From Octopus vulgaris (lineage: Eukaryota): 64,000 nt of DNA. This document shows, piece after piece, positions 41,776 through 55,535 of the stretch. The stretch lies in the NCBI GenBank assembly GCA_951406725.2, contig OX597827.1, forward strand, positions 9,982,001 to 10,046,000, in the 5' to 3' direction. Numbering within the stretch: position 1 is the first letter of the stretch; the number at the start of each line of letters is the position of its first letter. The position numbers were made by a program, and so were the translations under genes. The notes beneath the pieces were generated by a model. It was not told where the DNA came from, made no database searches, and saw nothing but the letters and a program-made list of their open reading frames with translations.

Positions 41776-44700
41776 CATTTCTTTCAAGAATATAACTACA
41801 AGAAAGCATTCCTAAAATGGGTGGGAGGTAGCTAATTATAGCAAAGTAGGGTACCTATAAAATACCTCAGTTTAACCCTCGTACATCAATGTCAGATACC
41901 TTCTCGAAGTTCTTGCTGAACCAGCAGAGACAAGAATGGAGGCCTCTATTTGGTGGATCAAACTGCTAGAAAGAGCAGCTAAGTCTCTCTCAACATTTCA
42001 GAAAAGAACACATTGGAGAATGCAATCCTATATCCCACATACAGCATTAGAATGGGTTTGGCAAGAACGTCTTTGGTTTTGGATCTGCTCAGTCATTATC
42101 AGAGCTGGTCTCAAGCTCAGTAACAATAAAACTGCAACAGCTAGGAACAAGGCCCCAAATTTATGGGAGAAGTTAGTCAATTGTATCAATTCCAGTATTT
42201 GAATGGTACTTTTTTTACCAACTGTGGAAGGATGAAATGCAAAGTTGGCCTTCACAGGATTTGAACTCATAATGATAAAGCTAATAAAATTTTCTGTTAT
42301 GAACCAATGAACAAACCACATATCCGCACACTCTGTAAAATATAGCAACCAAATATCCCTTAGAACTAACCCTTCTCTCTTTAAAATAAAAACGAAGGAC
42401 ATATAAGATGATATAGTAGTCTTAGATTCACAAAAACTCGAGAAAAGAAATGGAACAGTCAGGTTAGAATGTGCATTAATCCCTCATGTTTGTTTAATCA
42501 GGGCTTACTTGGGGCTACACAACAACAGCTAGGAGAATTATAAAAAATTCATCAATTTGACAATAAAAATATTTTCCTTCGTGGATGTGTCTGAGTGTGC
42601 CTGCGTGTGTGTATGTGTGTATGTGTGTATATGTATCTGTGTCTGTGTATGTTCTGTGTGTGCCTCATTTGTCCATTTTGTTTTGGGAAAATATCAGTTT
42701 GATGAGAAATAACGGGTGAAAAAAAAACAAAAAAAAAAAAACTGATATTTATTCAGTTCACCAATCAAGTGGTCACATTGCTGGCTAGAGAAATTAATTT
42801 TCAAAAGTGGAACTTTTTATTTGAAAAAATTAATCATTAGCTTTCATGGCAAGTTACAATTGATTTCTTTATTAATATCATCATGCTCATCACAATCACA
42901 ATCATCATCATCATCATAATTATTATTATTATTATTATTGTTGTTATATGGTTGTTGTTGTTGTTATAAATATTATTAATAAATCAATTGCTTGTTTTTT
43001 GCTCTTTTATTAAAGCATTCCCCTTCACTGTATCAATTTTTATAAAGTTATCATTAAGTTGGCAAATTGTTTGCTCGGCATTTTTTGTCATCAGTGGGTT
43101 TTTTTTTTTCTTTTTTTTTTGCTGAGGCAGAGGTATGGATGATGGTTGGGAAAGCAGCATCAGGGAGAGGAAGGAAGGTGAGCGCAGAGGTGAGGTGCAG
43201 AAACAGTGAGAGCGAGAATGCGGTGCATGAGAAAGGAGAGAGCAGGGGATTGAGCGGTGCTTGTGCATGTTTTGTGTAGTTTTTTAAAAATAATTTTTTT
43301 TCCTTTTCAGTATTTTAAAATTTCTTTGTTTCCTTTTAATTCTTTTTCTTTAATTCTTGTTTCTTTTTTTTCTTTGCATTTTTTAAAAAAAAAACACATT
43401 TTTTTTTCAAAATGTATTTATTTATTTTTTTTTTGTAAAAAATGTATTTATGTTCACTTTTTCCTCCTCCCCTTCCTCCTCTTGTACACCTTCCCTCTAC
43501 CCCCACCACCCTCACTGCCTGTTAAAATTGTCAACTAATTAAAGAACTAGTGATGTACTTTAATATAACTAATTGGTACCTGGAATCAATTATATTCACT
43601 GTAATTAAATTAAGTGTGACTACTTTTATCTATCAATTTATTCTATTGCATGTGTGTACATGTGTGTGTATGTGTGTACGTGTTTGTGTGTGTGTTTACA
43701 TATGGGATTGTTTGTGTGTAGGAAGTTGTGAATGTGCTTGTGTATATATAGGAATGTGTGTGTTTACATGTGAAATTGTTTGTGTGTTTACTTGTGTACG
43801 TATAGGTGTATGTGTGTGTTTATACGTGAACTTATCTGTGTGGTTGAGGTTGTGTGCATGCTTATGTATGTATGTATGTGTATGTATGTATGTATGTATG
43901 TATGTGTATGTATGTATGTGTATGTATGTATGTGTATGTATGTATGTGTATGTATATATATGTATGTATATGTATGTATGTATATGTATGTATATATGTA
44001 TGTATGTATGTATGTTTGTATGTATGTATATATGTATATATGTATGTATGTATATGTATGTATGTATGTATGTATATATGTATGCATGTTTGTATGTATG
44101 TATGTATGTATGTACGTATGTATATATGTATGTATAGGTGTATGTGTATATGTGAGCTTGTTTGTGTGTCTGAGATTGTGTGTCCATGTACGTGTGTGTA
44201 TATGTGCATGCATGTGTGTATGTGTTTGTGTATATGAGGTTCTGTGTATGTGTGTGTGTGTACATATAAGTATGTGTGCATTTATACATGAGCCTATTTG
44301 TTTCTACGGGGTTGTGTGTACATGTGTGTATGGATATATGTGTGCCTGTTTGTATGTATAAGGTTGTGTGTGTGTTTTTTATGTATGAATATATGTGTAT
44401 GTGTGCGTATATGTGTGTTCTTGTTTGTGTGTATGAGTGTGTTTCTGTGTATATGTGTACATGTGAGCTTGTTTATGTGTAGGAGGTTGTGTGTACATGT
44501 TGTATGCATGACTGTATGTGTATGTATGTGTTTACATGTGATTGTGTGTATGAGTGTGTGTTTACATGTGATTGTATGTATGAGTGTGTGTTTGTGTATG
44601 TGTGGTTGTATGTGTTCGTGTGAACTTCCTTGTGTGTATAAGGTTGTGTATAGATGTGTGTGCATATGTGAGAGTATGTGTAATTTTTGTGCGTGTGAGA

Positions 44701-44835
44701 TTAAGTGTGTGTGTCTTTTTACGTGTGGCAGTAGGTGTATGTGTATATGTATGTGTGTGTATAAATGTACTTGTTTGTGTGCATGACATTGCGTGTTTGT
44801 CTACATGTAGAGATATGTGTGTATGTGTATATGTA

Positions 44836-45066
44836 GGCGGAGAGCTGGTAGAAACGTTAGCACGCCGGGCGAAATTCGTAGCAGTATTTCGTCTGTCGTT
44901 ACGTTCCGAGTTCAAATTCCGCCGAGGTCGACTTTGACTTTTATCCTTTCGGGGTCGATAAATTAAGTACCAGTTACGCACTTGGGGTCGATATAATCGA
45001 CTTAATCCCTTTGTCTGTCCTTGTTTGTCCACTCTGTGTTTAGCCCCTTGTGGGTAGTAAAGAAAT
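44836..45066 (+). mobile_element. SINE family B, young full-length copy
   Basis: GGCGGAGAGCTGGTAGAAACG...GAGTTCAAATTCC...TCCTTTCGGGGTCGATAAATTAAGTACC; CpGs retained. Confidence 0.9.
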
Positions 45067-45415
45067 ATATATGTATGCTAGTGTTTAAGAAGCTGTGTGC
45101 ATATGTATGTGTTTGTATATGTATGGGTGTATGTGTATATGTGTACTTGCTTGTGTGTGTGTGTGTGTGTATTATCTGTTTATGCACGAGGTTCTTTGTG
45201 CTTCTTTATGTGAAGGTGTATGAGTGAGTGTATATGTTTACATGTAGATTTGTCTCTCTGTGCATATATATGCAGCTGTATGTGGCTGTGCATGTGTAAG
45301 TGTATGAGTGTTGCTACATTTATGTGTGTGTGTGCCTTTGTGTATGCGTGCACAAGTGTGTACTTGTTTGTGTGTATGAGTGTGTGTTTGTGTATATGTG
45401 GCTGTATGTGTACAA

Positions 45416-45647
45416 GGCGACGAGCTGGCAGAAACGTTAGCATGCTGGGCGAAATGCTTAGCGGTATTTCGTCTGCGCTACGTTGTGAGTTCAAATTCCG
45501 CCGAGGTCGACTTTGCCTTTCATTCTTTCGGGGTCGATAAATTAAGTAAGTACCAGTTACGCACTGGGGTCGATGTAATCGACTTAATCCCTTTGTCTGT
45601 CCTTGTTTGTCCCCTCTGTGTTTAGCTCCTTGTGGGTAATAAAGAAA
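45416..45647 (+). mobile_element. SINE family B, young full-length copy
   Basis: Highly similar to 44836-45066 and 35332-35562. Confidence 0.9.
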
Positions 45648-46160
45648 TATGTATGTGTACATATGAGCTTGTTTGAGTGTATGAGGTTGTGTGTACATGT
45701 GTATGAGTGTGCATATATGTGTTCATATATGTGTTTGTTGATGTATGCATGTGTGTGTTTGTGATAGTGTGTGTGTTTATATGTGAGTGCTTGTGTCTAT
45801 GTGTTTGTGTGTATGCCTATGTGTGCGCACATACATCTGTGTGTGTGTGTGTTTGTTTCATTTGATTTGGTGGAGGTCGATAAGCAGCCAGCAGAGTGTA
45901 TGTCAGTATGAGTGTGTATGTAGGTGTGTGTATGTAGGTATGTGTGGGTGCATGCACGCGCGCGCGTGTGTGTGTGTGTGTGTGTTAGTATGTGTAGGTG
46001 GGTGTGTACATGTTTGCGTGCACATTTACACCTGTGTGTGTTTTGTGTGTGCTTATGCACTGTGTGTATATGTCTGCATGTGCCTCTATGTGTGTGCTTG
46101 TGTAATTTTAGCAGTGGAAGTCTGTTTTAGTTTCACACGTGTTTTAATATTTTCATGCAT

Positions 46161-46569
46161 ACAGGAGTGGCTGTGTGGTAAGTAGCTTGCTAACCAACCA
46201 CATGGTTCCGGGTTCAGTCCCACTGCGTGGCATCTTGGGCAAGTGACTTCTGCTATAGCCCCCCAGGCCGACCAATGCCTTGTGAGTGGATTTGGTAGAT
46301 GGAAACTGAAAGAAGCCTGTCGTATATATGTATATATATATATATGTGTGTGTGTATGTTTGTGTGTCTGTGTTTGTCCCCCTAGCATTGCTTGACAACC
46401 GATGCTGGTGTGTTTACGTCCCCGTCATTTTAGCGGTTCAGCAAAAGAGACTGATAGAATAAGTACTGGGCTTACAAAGAATAAGTCTCGGGGTCGATTT
46501 GCTCGACTTAAGACGGTGCTCCAGCATGGCTGCAGTCAAATGACTGAAACAAGTAAAAGAGTAAAAGAG
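46161..46569 (+). mobile_element. SINE family A
   Basis: Colinear with 3039-3439. Confidence 0.9.
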
Positions 46570-46671
46570 TATGTGTTCGTATGTTTGTATGTGTGTGTGT
46601 GATTGTGTATGCACATATCAATATTTTGATGTGTGTGTATGTGTCTCTATATTTGAGAAGATTCTGGTTTG

Positions 46672-46716
<45 letters not shown>

Positions 46717-46822
46717 GTATGAGTTTCTGCATGTTTCTATGCTTGTGCATGTGTGTATTTATGCATGCGTGTGTGCAATGATAAATGTGTATGTGTTGTG
46801 TTAGCCTGTGTATACGTGCATA

Positions 46823-47041
46823 CTCTCTCTCTCTTTACTCTTTTACTTGTTTCAGTCATTTGACTGCGGCCATGCTGGAGCACCGCCTTTAGTCGAGCAA
46901 ATCGACCCCGGGACTTATTCTTTTGTAAGCCCGGTACTTATTCTATCGGTCTCTTTTGCCGAACCGCTAAGTGACGGGGACGTAAACACACCAGCATCGG
47001 TTGTCAAGAAATGCTAGCGGGACAAACACACACACAAACAA

Positions 47042-47082
<41 letters not shown>

Positions 47083-47252
47083 CATATATACGACAGGCTT
47101 CTTTCAGTTTCCGTCTACCAAATCCACTCACAAGGCATTGGTCGGGCCGGGGCTATTGCAGAAGACACTTGCCCAAGATGCCATGCAGTGGGACTAAACC
47201 GGGAATCATGTGGTTGGTTAGCAAGCTACTTACCACACAGCCACTCCTGCGC
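46823..47252 (-). mobile_element. SINE family A, antisense full-length copy
   Basis: Reverse complement of family A from head to tail. Confidence 0.9.
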
Positions 47253-47264
47253 ATGTATATATAT

Positions 47265-47297
<33 letters not shown>

Positions 47298-47856
47298 CCG
47301 TTGTGTTTACCTATGAATGGGCTTGGCCACGTGTGCACAAGCAAATATGTATGCACGAACATGTCTGTATGTGTGTCAGCTCATTAAAGAAGACCGTTCT
47401 GGCATATGTACAAGTACGTGCGATCACACTAGTATCTTTATAAGTCTAAGAATTGTATTTTGATGTATACTTACATGAGAATATATGAGTGTGGGTGTGT
47501 GTGGGTGTGTGTGTGGGGGGGCAAGTGTGCCCTGTGCTTAAGTGTGTGCACATATATTGTGTAAATAAATGTATACGTAAAAATATGTGCATATATGCAT
47601 GTTGTGCTGAACAATATTTGTATTTAATATTGTGTGTGTATGTTTGAATATGCGTGTGTAAATGTGTTTGGTATGAGAATGAATGTATGCTACATAAATG
47701 AATATGTTGAACTGTGTGCATGTGTGAGTATGTACATTTTATGTATATATGTGTGTGTGTGTATGTGTATGTGTGTGTATGTATATATGTGTGTGTATAT
47801 ATATATATATATATATACATATAAATGTATGTATATATATACATATGTACATATAA

Positions 47857-47894
<38 letters not shown>

Positions 47895-47975
47895 GCATAC
47901 ATATATATCTATATATATATATTCATTCTTTTATATTTTTCAGCCTTGTAGCTGTGGCTATGCTGGGGCACTGAC

Positions 47976-48022
<47 letters not shown>

Positions 48023-48050
48023 GAAAGAGAGAGAGAGAGAAATAGATAGG

Positions 48051-48114
<64 letters not shown>

Positions 48115-48436
48115 CAGGTAGATAATGAATTTAACACTTTTTGTCTATATGTATGTATACCAATGAATAAATATCCACCTTGCAAGTATGTTTTAAAATG
48201 AATAAAGGTATGTGCTTCGACATGCGTGTGTGCCCATGCATATAAATTTGTATATTTGTGTATTTGTATGTATATATATATATATATATATGTATATGTG
48301 TGTATGTGTGTATGTATATGTATCGAATGTATTTTTGTGTGTATATGTGTGCATGTTAATCTGCGTGTAAATTGTGTTTCATTGAGTGTGAGTGTGTGTT
48401 TGTACTCTGTGAATTAGTGGAACATGAATCCTTTAA

Positions 48437-48652
48437 GGCGGCGAGCTGGCAGAAACGTTAGCACGCTGGGTGAAATGCTTAGTGGTATTTCATCTGTCTT
48501 CATGTTCTGAGTTCAAATTCTGCCGAGGCTGACTTTGTCTTTCATCCTTTCTAGGTCGATAAAATAAATACCAGTTGCATATTGGGGGCCAATCTAATCG
48601 ACTGCCCCCACCCCTCAAAAATTTTTAGCCTTGTGCCTAGATTAGAAAAGAA
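48437..48652 (+). mobile_element. SINE family B with ATGAATCCTTT TSD
   Basis: ATGAATCCTTT at ~48424 and ~48655. Confidence 0.85.
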
Positions 48653-49103
48653 ATATGAATCCTTTGATTATGAATATGTGCGTACATGCGTGTATATCTG
48701 TATTTTGATTCACTAATGCACATATAAGTCTAAGTGTATGTATGTGTGTTCTTATATGAATGAATAAGTGTGTTTATGTCTTTGCTTTGTGAAGTTTGAA
48801 TGTTAAGATCATAAATGTGTGTGTATGCGTATGTGTATCTATGCATGTTGATTTACGACTATTTGTGTTTGTGAGTTGTGTATGTGTGGCTATGGGCGAG
48901 TCTGTGTATGATTGTGAACTTCTGATTGTTGAGTGCTACATTTAGGAAAGTGTGCATATATTCATATATATGAGTGTGTGTGTGTCTGCATGTGTGTGTG
49001 TATGCATGTCCTGTATATGCATATATTTCTGCATGTATGTGTCTGTCTATCTATTTATCTATCTATCTATATATATAATTTTTTTTAATATATATTTATA
49101 TAT

Positions 49104-49182
<79 letters not shown>

Positions 49183-49209
49183 TATAATATATAATATCCA
49201 TATATTTAT

Positions 49210-49580
49210 ATTCTTTTATTCTTTTACTTTTTTACTTCTTTTAGTTATTTTGACTGTGCTCATGCTGGAGCACCACCTTTTAGTTGAAGAAATCGACCTC
49301 TGGACTTATTCTTTGTAAGCCTAGTACACTCAGCCTCTTTTGCCAAACTGCTAAGATACGGAGATGTAAACACACCAACATCAGTTGTCAAGTGATGTTA
49401 GGGTGACAAACACATACACAAGCACACAAATATATACATATATATATTTAACAGGCTTCTTTCAGTTTCTGACTACCAAATCTACTCACAAGGCTTTGGT
49501 CAGCCTGAATCTATAGTAGAAGACACTTGACCAAGGTGCCATGCAATGGAACTGAACCCAGAAACATGTGGTTAGGAAGC
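49210..49580 (-). mobile_element. SINE family A, diverged antisense copy
   Basis: Reverse complement of family A. Confidence 0.8.
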
Positions 49581-49602
49581 ACACACACACATATGCACAC
49601 AC

Positions 49603-49634
<32 letters not shown>

Positions 49635-49830
49635 CGGGAGAGTTTACGAAAAAAACAAAAGACGAAGACAGGTGGTGTACAAAACAAACAGATGTATTAG
49701 TATAACGCTCATGAATAAAAAAAGTCTTTTACGTTTCGAGCCTACGCTCTTCTACAGAAAGGGACACAGAAAAAAAAAGGAGAGAAACAAGGAGTGAAAA
49801 AATGTGCATAGTGGCTATACGTTTACAATA
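49635..49830 (-). mobile_element. Penelope-like pLTR fragment with minimal hammerhead motif
   Basis: Minus strand CTTT CTGTAGA A GAGC GTAG GCTC GAAA CG TA AAAG (49761-49726); inserted in (TA)n; related piece at ~62022-62110. Confidence 0.6.
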
Positions 49831-50045
49831 TACATATATGTATATACATACACACATATGCATATACATATAATACATATGAATAGGAACAGATGTGGTT
49901 GTGAGGTAAAAAGCTTGGTTCCTAACCACATGGTTCTGGGTTCACTCCCACCATGTGGCACCATGGGCAAGTGTCGTCTACTATAGCCTTGGGTGACCAA
50001 ATCTTTGTGAGTGGATTTGGTAGGCAGAAACTAAAAGAAGACTGT

Positions 50046-50081
<36 letters not shown>

Positions 50082-50093
50082 ACAGTCTTCTTT

Positions 50094-50148
<55 letters not shown>

Positions 50149-50169
50149 TATATGTCTATATATACATAC

Positions 50170-50345
<176 letters not shown>

Positions 50346-50494
50346 ACATGCATCTGTGTGTGTATGTGAGTGCATTCTTGTGTATGACTGTTTTGTATAT
50401 AACTTTGTAATTTTGAATAATTGTATTTCAATGTGCACATATGTTTTGGCATATGTCTAAATGTGTATATGTATGTGTTGTTTTCCTTCTATTA

Positions 50495-50560
<66 letters not shown>

Positions 50561-52049
50561 TTGAATGTGGCTGAGTGTGTATATGCACGTTTCTCATTGT
50601 GTGTGTATGTGTGTGTGGTGCATGCATATGTATGTGTACGTGTTTGAGTGTAGTCATATGTCTTCGTATTTCTGAGTAATTGTACATGTGTGTGTTTTTA
50701 CTATTTGTGATAATTGTATTTGTATGTGAGTGCCTCTGTGTGAATGTGTGTGTGCATGTATGTGTATGTGAGTGTCTGTAATTTTCTGTCTTTAAATAAT
50801 TGCATGTGGGAGTATTTTTCCATGTGTATGTCCTTTTATGTGAACATACAGACTTTTAGATTCGTAGACGAGTGAAAGAAAGTTGATATATATTGACTTG
50901 GTGCTTAATTTCCTTGAAAGATGCCACTCTTGTGACTTTTTATTTTCAGTCTTCCAATTACATGCTCTCCGTTGCTTTCAAACCATTCTCCATCAACTTA
51001 ATGACCAGAGAGATGGCAGAAGGTCAGCAGAAAATTCTATACTGCAAACGTCTTACAACAACAAGTAGCAATTTCTCTCTAGTTTCACTTGATTGACAAT
51101 ATTGGTAATGCACATAAACACTGCTATTTCTTTCTGCAATTGGAAAAATCTTCGGCTAGGAACAGAAATTTAATGCCAGTAGTGGACAATGCTCTGACTT
51201 CTTCTGTAACTATGACTTTTCTGCCAAAATACCAGTTCATATCAGAGAGCGAACAAACAAAAACGAAAACCAAAAAAATAAAAAATAAAATTTTGAAAAA
51301 ACAAAATTTGTAAAGTTTATCGTTTCTAATCACCTTCATAGAAGGTGAAAAAAAAATAATTAAAAAGTAATTTGGAAAAAATTAAATAAAATATACATTA
51401 TTTCATTACTACAGAATAATTTAGATTTCATCAAGAATCGAAGAATCCATCTCGATAGATTAAAGATTTAGTGAAAAATTAGCAGCTGAGAAATCTAAAG
51501 TGATGAGTGAGGAGTAAAAAAAATTACCTCTCATTATAAATGCGTGAATGTTCATTTTTGATTAGATATCAGTGAAATTAAAGGACGAAATCATGCATGA
51601 GTGTTCGTGGCTATCAATTTATTAGTGGCAGTATTAGATGTATGTATGTCCTTGAATGTCTGTTTTATTTATTATTTATTCATTTATTTATTTATTTATT
51701 TATTGCACAGTATGACTCGGTTCGCTTTAAAGGAAGAGGGCCTTCGTTTTTTTGCTTTCTAACCAATGAGGTATAATGATAGCACTGTTTGAAGTATGAT
51801 TTCAGAAAGAAATGAAACACACGAGGGACAAATATGGTGGCAGGGAAAGGAGGAGAAATGAAAACGGACAAGATAAGGGATATCTGACAAAAACAAATAA
51901 AATAAACTTTGAAGGAAAATTTAACATTTTTTTCCCTATTTGTAACATTTTAGAAATATTTCTAAAGAATCTATTTCTTTAATTTTTACTGGCTTTAGAG
52001 AGTGGAATGGCCAGACTTGAATACTGCTTTCAAGAGATTTTAATTGAAT

Positions 52050-52440
52050 GTAGGCATGGCTGTGTAGTTAAGATGCTCACTGTGCAACTACGTAGTTTCA
52101 GGTTCAATCCTACTGCATGGCACTTAAAAAGCTCCAGATGGACTAAGGCATTGCATATGAACTTGGTTGTTGGAAACTGTATGAAAGCCTGACATATATG
52201 AGAATGCGTGTATGAGAGGGAAGTTGTTTAAATGTGTATGTGTATCTTTGTGCTTCTATTTTCCCCACCTACTTGACAACTGGTGATGGTTTGTTTATGT
52301 CCTGTAATTTTGTAGTTTGGTTACAAAGTCCAATAAAATAAGTATCTGACTTTAAAAATAAGTACTGTGATTGATTAGTTCAACTAAACTCTTCACGCTG
52401 GTGCCCTGGCATAGCTGCAGCCCAATGAGTGAAACAAGGA
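52050..52440 (+). mobile_element. Old SINE family A copy
   Basis: Diverged but colinear with family A. Confidence 0.65.
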
Positions 52441-52666
52441 ATAAATAAATGTAAAAGTTATCAACCCTTGTACTGTGTCTCAAACTAATTTCCTCAGTCC
52501 TGTAAGATATGAAATGCTACGTGGACATTGGCATAAAATGAATTGGCTTTGGTAGAATTAGAGGCTTTGGTAGAATGCCTTATAGTGCCTTTCTGAGGAT
52601 CTGTGCTCTGAGTTCAAAATTTGCTAAAGTAAATCCTTTTTTGCCATTCATCCTCTCAGAGTGAAA

Positions 52667-52880
52667 GGCAGTGAGCTGGCAGAGTCATTACTGCACTGGA
52701 CAAAATGCTTAGTGGTATTTCTTCTAGTTTACATTCTGAGTTCAAATGCCACTGAGATCAACTTTGCTTTTCATTCTTTTGGGGTCAATAAAAAAAGTAC
52801 CGGTTGAGAACACTTTTGGATGGGATGACTTAACTAACTTTCCCATTCCTGAAAATAGCTGCTCTTGTGCCAAAATAAAA
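52667..52880 (+). mobile_element. SINE family B, diverged
   Basis: GGCAGTGAGCTGGCAGAG head and TTTTGGGGTCAATAAA core. Confidence 0.75.
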
Positions 52881-52984
52881 AAGGGCCTTTCAGGGCCAAT
52901 CTGTCAAGATGGATTCTTCGATTCTTGATGAAATCTAAATTATTCTGTAGTAATGAAATAATATATTCTGTGGTATTGAAATAA

Positions 52985-53197
52985 GGTGGTGAGGTGGCAG
53001 ATATGTTAGCATGCTGGGTGAAATGCTTAGCAGTATTTCGTCTGTCTTTACATTCTGAGTCCAAATTCCACTGAGGTCGACTTTGTCCTGAGGTCATTCT
53101 TTTGGGGTCAATAAATTACCAGCTGTATACTGGAGTCAATCTAATCGACTGGGCCCCACCCCCAAAATTTCGTGCCTTGTGCCTAGAGTAGAAAAGA
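52985..53197 (+). mobile_element. SINE family B inserted in the right arm of the long inverted repeat
   Basis: Colinear with 48437-48652; absent from the left arm. Confidence 0.85.
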
Positions 53198-53948
53198 ATA
53201 CTTATTTTATTTATTTTTTCCAAATTATTTTTTTAATTATTCATTTTTTTGGAAACAATAAGCTTTACAAATTTTCGTTTTGCATTTTGTTTTTGTTTTG
53301 GAGGTTTTTGCTTTGTTTGTTCACTCTCTGATATGAACTGGTATTTTGGCAGAAAAGTCATAGTTACAGAAGAAGTCAGAGCACTGTCCAGATCAGTAGA
53401 GGAACTGTGTGGATGTTAGGCCACGACCATATGCTTTGTTGCATGTGCTGCAGAACTTTACTTTTGGAGTTCAAATCCTGTCTTGGTATACTTGAGTATT
53501 AGTTTTAATCCATCTCTCCTTTTAACACCACTATCTGTAACCTTGGGGACATTTAGTGAAGTTCATTCTGTTGCAAGCATTTGGAACAAGTCTCTGATAT
53601 GAGGATACCTCCCTACTACAAGTCTAGGAGGCTCTGTAAAGAATCTTGGGCTCTGCCTTCCTTCCTTCCTGTGAAAAGTTTTAAAAGATCCTATCATATA
53701 TCAATATCACAGGGTATTTTTGCTAGAATGTACCAGTATTTGTTCATTCCATATTGATACAAGCAACTTTATCTATCTATCTATCTATCTTTTTTTTCGC
53801 ACCCCCCTCGAAAAGAAAAAACTCTACATTGTAATTGTCCCCTCTGTGTTTAGCCCTGTGTGGCCAATAACGAAATTATCTATCTATCTATCTGTCTGTC
53901 TGTCTGCCTCTGTCTCCATTTCTCTCTCTCTCTTTCTTTCTCTCTCAC

Positions 53949-54027
<79 letters not shown>

Positions 54028-54557
54028 ATCTATCTATCTATCTCATCTATTTATCTATTTATCTATCTACCTATTTATCTATCATTCAATAATTAGCAAC
54101 AATTTCTCCATCAAAGAGTTTAATAGAGTTTACATAAGCGTATAAGTTCAATTACATAGAGGGAGGAACACAAAATATCTTTTGGGCCCTTGCTTTTCAA
54201 AAGAGGAGAGAGAGGAAGTGGCATTGTAACTTTGGTTGTAAGCCAGTTTCTTCTCTGTTAGTTCTAAGTACACTTCTGCAAACATCAATTTTGTTGTAAA
54301 AAGAATGACTAGATAAAAATCTACTGGAATAAATTATACACAGGATGGAAATAAAGTAATTAGCACATTTCAATCCCAAAATAGAAAAAGAAGTAATATA
54401 AAAAGAGAATTTATGTAATATGTTTATATAATTTAAGCATTAATTTTTGCTTATTGTTTAATTTGTTAATAACACAATTTATATTTGCATCTAATTTTGG
54501 TTTTCTTCTGTTTTATGCTTTCGGATGCGATGGTTACTTTTTTTTTTTTATCTCCGA

Positions 54558-54860
54558 GTGTGTGTGTGTGTCTGCGTGTGCGTGAGTGTGTGTGTGTTTG
54601 TGTGTGTTTGTATGTGTTTGTGTGTGTGTATGTGAATGTGTGTGTGCGCGTTTGTGTGTGTGTGTCTGCGTGCGCGTGAGTGTGTGTGTGTTTGCGTGTG
54701 TTTGTATGTGTTTGTGTGTGTGTATGTGAATGTGTGTGTGTGTGCGTGTTTGTGCGTGTGTGTCTGCGTGCATGTGAGTGTGTGTGTGTTTGTGTGTGTT
54801 TGTATGTGTTTGTGTGTGTGTATGTGAATGTGTGTGTGTGTGTGTGTGTGTGTGTTTGTG
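54558..54860. repeat. ~100-bp TG-rich minisatellite, 3 copies
   Basis: TCTGCGTG..GTGAGTG...GTATGTGAATGTG unit recurs at ~54571, 54665 and 54763. Confidence 0.8.
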
Positions 54861-55535
54861 TGTATTTGTTTGTGTTTCTGTGTGTGTGTGTGTTTATCAT
54901 TATTGTATCTTAGGGGGATTATTTTGTCACTAAAAGCACACACACACACACTATTCCAGTTCATTAATGGTTGTGATGGTACTGATGATGATGATGATGA
55001 TGATGATAGTGAACATTACCAGTGCTGCCACTGCTGCCATCATTGCCACTACCAACACCACCATCACTACCACTACAATCATATCACCATCACCACCTCT
55101 ACTACCACTGCCATTGTTCTGGTAATTCTAACAAGCTCAGTGCCATCTTAAGTTACAGGCATTGGGTAGTTATCTGCTCTGACTTGTTACTAATAAATAA
55201 AGATGCATTCCATTGTCCAGGGGTCTGTAATGCTGTTAATGAGGTCTTGATCAAGGTAATCTCCTGATCAAAGGAAATAAGTTTTCCAAGTGTTCAGCTT
55301 CTCAATCAAATGATGTATCTACTCATTTGAATTAATTTAGCTGAATCCCACAGATATGTCTACCATTAATATAATCATCAAGCAAAACCAATGGGATATA
55401 GTATGCAACAAGACCAAACTTCTGAACTGTATGTACAACTCATCCAACGAAGTTCCTCACAGTTTCCATCAGCCTAAATTCACTCACATGGCTTGTATCG
55501 ATTCAAAGCAATGGTAAAAAAAAAAAAAAAATTAT

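Larger units (their letters stand above)
51183..53390. repeat. Long inverted repeat (~280-bp arms; right arm split by a SINE)
   Basis: 51183-51461 is reverse-complementary to 52898-52967 plus ~53200-53390. Confidence 0.9.

Noticed and set aside
51124-51339. Minus-strand ORF DMNWYFGRKVIVTEEV... as an exon
   Set aside because: No AG acceptor after the pyrimidine tract and no recognisable homology; it overlaps the inverted-repeat arm.
54243-54327. TGACTAGAT, a miR-279-like seed
   Set aside because: Pairing with the putative 5' arm is poor and the loop is too long.
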